A stretch of DNA of 63,969 nucleotides, filler included, from Octopus bimaculoides (Eukaryota): NCBI RefSeq assembly GCF_001194135.2. It is 5 parts of 5 records of this genome, joined end to end, with 100 filler letters (N's around TTAATTAATTAA, not from the genome) between each part and the next. Parts side by side here need not be neighbours in the genome. Positions count along the whole stretch, not along the records: positions 57,416 to 62,787 come from NC_069008.1; positions 62,888 to 63,969 come from NW_026295150.1; 3 more parts are not named here. One strand, written 5' to 3'. The notes under the pieces were generated by a model that saw only the letters and a program-made list of their open reading frames with translations, ran no database searches and was not told the DNA's origin. Positions 60,457 to 63,969 of the stretch are shown here, one piece after another. Position 1 is the stretch's first letter; each line of letters begins with the position of its first letter. The position numbers and the translations under genes were made by a program.

Positions 60457-60964
60457 CATATGTATACATATACGAAATATACACAGATACATACATATAT
60501 ATTTATGTGTGTATACACACATACGCGCACACATATATACATGCATGCATACATACATACATACATACATACATACACATACATTCTAATGATTATATCC
60601 TCAATTTATAAGTGTGTGTGTGTGAGTGTGTACATATGCATACATGTATATATAGAGAGAGGAAGAAAGAGAAATAGAAAGTGAGAGAGAGAGAGAGAGA
60701 GTGACACACAGACAGACAAACAGACAGACCAAAACACATCCCCCAAGCTAACACTCTGTCCCACTGACACATGTGAGCGGTGTGTGTGAACAGGGACCCA
60801 AGAAATCCGGCAATCGGAGAGAAAGATACCCAGCTATCTGAGTTTCTAAATAGCCCCACGTAAAACGTGGGGGGTCTCGCAGGGCTACACAGCTTTCCTT
60901 TTGTACAGCTCCTCCACCCCACACTCATTTCTGAACACACGCGCACACATACATGCATGCATGC

Positions 60965-60998
<34 letters not shown>

Positions 60999-61064
60999 GT
61001 ACTTAGCTACACTACACACATACACACACACACATATGTATATATATATATATANNNNNNNNNN

Positions 61065-61133
<69 letters not shown>

Positions 61134-61247
61134 TGTATGTACACACATACATATATACACGCAAAGGAAAATAGATACATAGATAATTACTGTCTTATCA
61201 GTTAATAACTATATATATACACCCATGCATACATACATATACATACA

Positions 61248-61280
<33 letters not shown>

Positions 61281-61389
61281 GTATATATGTATATATGTAT
61301 ACACAAATATACAAACATTTATACATATGTACATGAATATATATATATATATATGTATATAGATAAGCATATATACATGTGTGTATGTG

Positions 61390-61422
<33 letters not shown>

Positions 61423-62105
61423 TTATATATACTTATCTAAAAGCAGCAAAAATATACTTACTCCGGTATATTTATATATACATACATACANNNNNNNNNN
61501 NNNNNNNNNNNNNNNNNNNNNNNNNNNNNNNNNNNNNNNNNNNNNNNNNNNNNNNNNNNNNNNNNNNNNNNNNNNNNNNNNNNNNNNNNNNNNNNNNNNN
61601 NNNNNNNNNNNNNNNNNNNNNNNNNNNNNNNNNNNNNNNNNNNNNNNNNNNNNNNNNNNNNNNNNNNNNNNNNNNNNNNNNNNNNNNNNNNNNNNNNNNN
61701 NNNNNNNNNNNNNNNNNNNNNNNNNNNNNNNNNNNNNNNNNNNNNNNNNNNNNNNNNNNNNNNNNNNNNNNNNNCCCTCCTCCCCTCGTCCCCCTCCTCC
61801 CCCTCTGCCTCTAACAACAGACAATTTCCACCTCTGTTGGTCATCTTCTTCCCACGAGGATCGGCTGTCTTTCACCTCCATTCCACTCTCCCCCCCACTC
61901 ACCTTCACACATATATCTGTCGATGCATCTACGTATACATATATCTACATACATACATGCATACATGTGTATATATGTGTTTGTATGTGTGTGTGTGTGT
62001 GTATGTATGTATATATACACACACTCATATATACATATATCCATATATATTATATACATATACTTATATACATGCTTATGTGTATGTATGTGTATATGTC
62101 ATGCA

Positions 62106-62150
<45 letters not shown>

Positions 62151-62412
62151 CTTTCTGTATGTGTGCATGCACGTATATTTACATATAACGCGCGCACACA
62201 CACACATACACACACTCATATATTATTATAAGCAATATCTCGAAGCACACACACATAAAGCTATAAACGATACCATATAAATACTGGTTTGAAAAAGGTG
62301 ACGGTTGTCCGCGGGACTCGAACCCACATGTGTGTGTTTCAAGATATTTCAACAAAGATTTAGTTCACAGTCTCACGAACGTTTGTAAAATTCTGAAGAG
62401 ACCAACAATATA

Positions 62413-62614
62413 CAGTAATTCCTCGCCATATTGTGGTTTCTCTTATCGCGCACTCAGTACATCGCGGATTTTTCTGGTTAATATATGTGAATTTATATCA
62501 CGGACTCCTCAGTATATCGCGGGTTTCTGCGGCTGATAGATATTGATATTTTTTTAGATTTTAATGATTTCTGTGGAAGGTTTTGGAGCGTAGCACCCGC
62601 GATAGTCGAGGGAT

Positions 62615-62619
<5 letters not shown>
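62413..62619. mobile_element. pogo/Tigger-like MITE
   Basis: TIRs cagtaattcctcg / cgagggattactg, TA on the left flank. Confidence 0.65.
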
Positions 62620-62660
<41 letters not shown>

Positions 62661-63969
62661 TTAGAGGATTTAAGTAAAATTATACAAATGTGTCCGACTG
62701 ATTAAAAAAAATTCTCGTGCATTTAAATTGATGTAACGATTGCATTGTTCAACTAAATGGAGCCGCTTGAAACGGTCGTACTGCGTCNNNNNNNNNNNNN
62801 NNNNNNNNNNNNNNNNNNNNNNNNNNNNNNNTTAATTAATTAANNNNNNNNNNNNNNNNNNNNNNNNNNNNNNNNNNNNNNNNNNNNTAACAGAGTAAGA
62901 AGGTGGAAGAAATTCATGTTGTGTCTATTGTGGCAGAGTGGTTAAGAATAGACTACAATTTCTTAGAATCGCATGGAGCATAGTGGGTTCATATGGTTGT
63001 AAGGGTTGTAATTCATTTGTAATTTATTTATCTCTTCAGTGATATTATGCATATTTGTAGGGACTTTATAAACGTAAGTCTCTCTTTGACTAAGTCATAT
63101 ATCCCCTAGAAAGTATAAAGTCATACATACAATAACACCTGTAATATTACATCTCATAAAACCTCATCAGTTTGAATACCTGTAACTGCCCTCACCACTC
63201 CCACACCTAGTGATTTCTTCATTTTAGGATAACTTTATCTTTTCCCTGCCTCTAATTTTAATCCCCTCTCTTTATATGAAAGTAATATATATTGCTTATT
63301 ATTTTCTCTGAATTCGTATTAGTTTTTCTTATTTTGGTATCCTTTCTTATTAACCTCTTATCCCTTATATTGTTATTTTTCTTGTTCTTAAAAGTAATAT
63401 TTTTCAGTTACTTAAGTCTATGAAAGATACTTATACTATATTCATATAAACGCATAAATATTTGTGTATATGTATATATGCATATATGCACATATGCACA
63501 TATATATATGTGTGTGTGTGCGTGTATAAAAACAACTCTCTTTGTATATGTATCTGTATGCGCTATCTTACATTTTACATATATTTATATCAGCACATAT
63601 TTTTTGAGTATTTAAATTTTTCATACTTTAGATTTTGTAATTTTTCTTTAAATATGTATTACCATGATCTCAATATCCCGCTTCTGATTCATAGTTTACA
63701 ATTAATAGATAGCATGAATATCATTCCGGATATTCCATATGTAAATACCTGGAGCTGGCTTTATAGAAACCACCTAGTAATTAATTAATTAAGAACAAGA
63801 ATGGCTATTAAGCTGATTCTACATAATCTTCCTTTTTAATGCTTATAATTGATACATACACACCTTTTAACTATTTTGGTTTTGATATCATATTGGAATT
63901 CTTAAGTATTATTTTACACAACAACAAACAAAAGAAAAATACAATCAGCAGCTCAACCGAGAGTGGCGA

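Noticed and set aside
60282-60570. Direct duplication of about 70 nt on both sides of a gap
   Set aside because: Apparently identical low-complexity sequence flanking Ns; likely an assembly overlap.
62300-62330. tRNA gene on the minus strand (gtggg-ttcgagt-cccgc T-arm followed by a T-run)
   Set aside because: Only the T-arm/3' part is present; there is no D-arm or anticodon arm.

Overview
AT-rich, microsatellite-saturated animal genomic DNA with many N gaps. The SINE families and repeat landscape point to a coleoid cephalopod, probably Octopus (inferred from recalled repeat families, not a database hit). The window is not one natural locus. Four identical 100-nt spacers (N44-TTAATTAATTAA-N44, a six-frame stop linker) at 10227-10326, 38261-38360, 57316-57415 and 62788-62887 split it into five joined pieces. 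The only recognisable host gene lies entirely in piece 2: a + strand internal fragment of an axonemal dynein heavy chain, DNAH2-like (inner-arm dynein f/I1 beta). It has 21 visible GT-AG exons (3383 nt, about 1127 codons, 11453-37716) covering the end of the linker, AAA1, AAA2, AAA3 and the start of AAA4. Two more exons must lie in N gaps. The rest is transposon debris: tRNA-derived SINEs, RTE LINE fragments, RLE-type non-LTR fragments, a Penelope-like RT/GIY-YIG remnant, and mariner, hAT, pogo and piggyBac-like MITEs, plus satellites. The most interesting signal is a set of hammerhead-ribozyme-like motifs from several unrelated repeat families. Two have a fully intact catalytic core (10503-10556 minus, 50969-51093 plus), and two separate foldback elements carry one decayed hammerhead in each arm. 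There are also several splice-site duplications inside the dynein gene. All structures were read by eye; no folding, alignment or database search was run.
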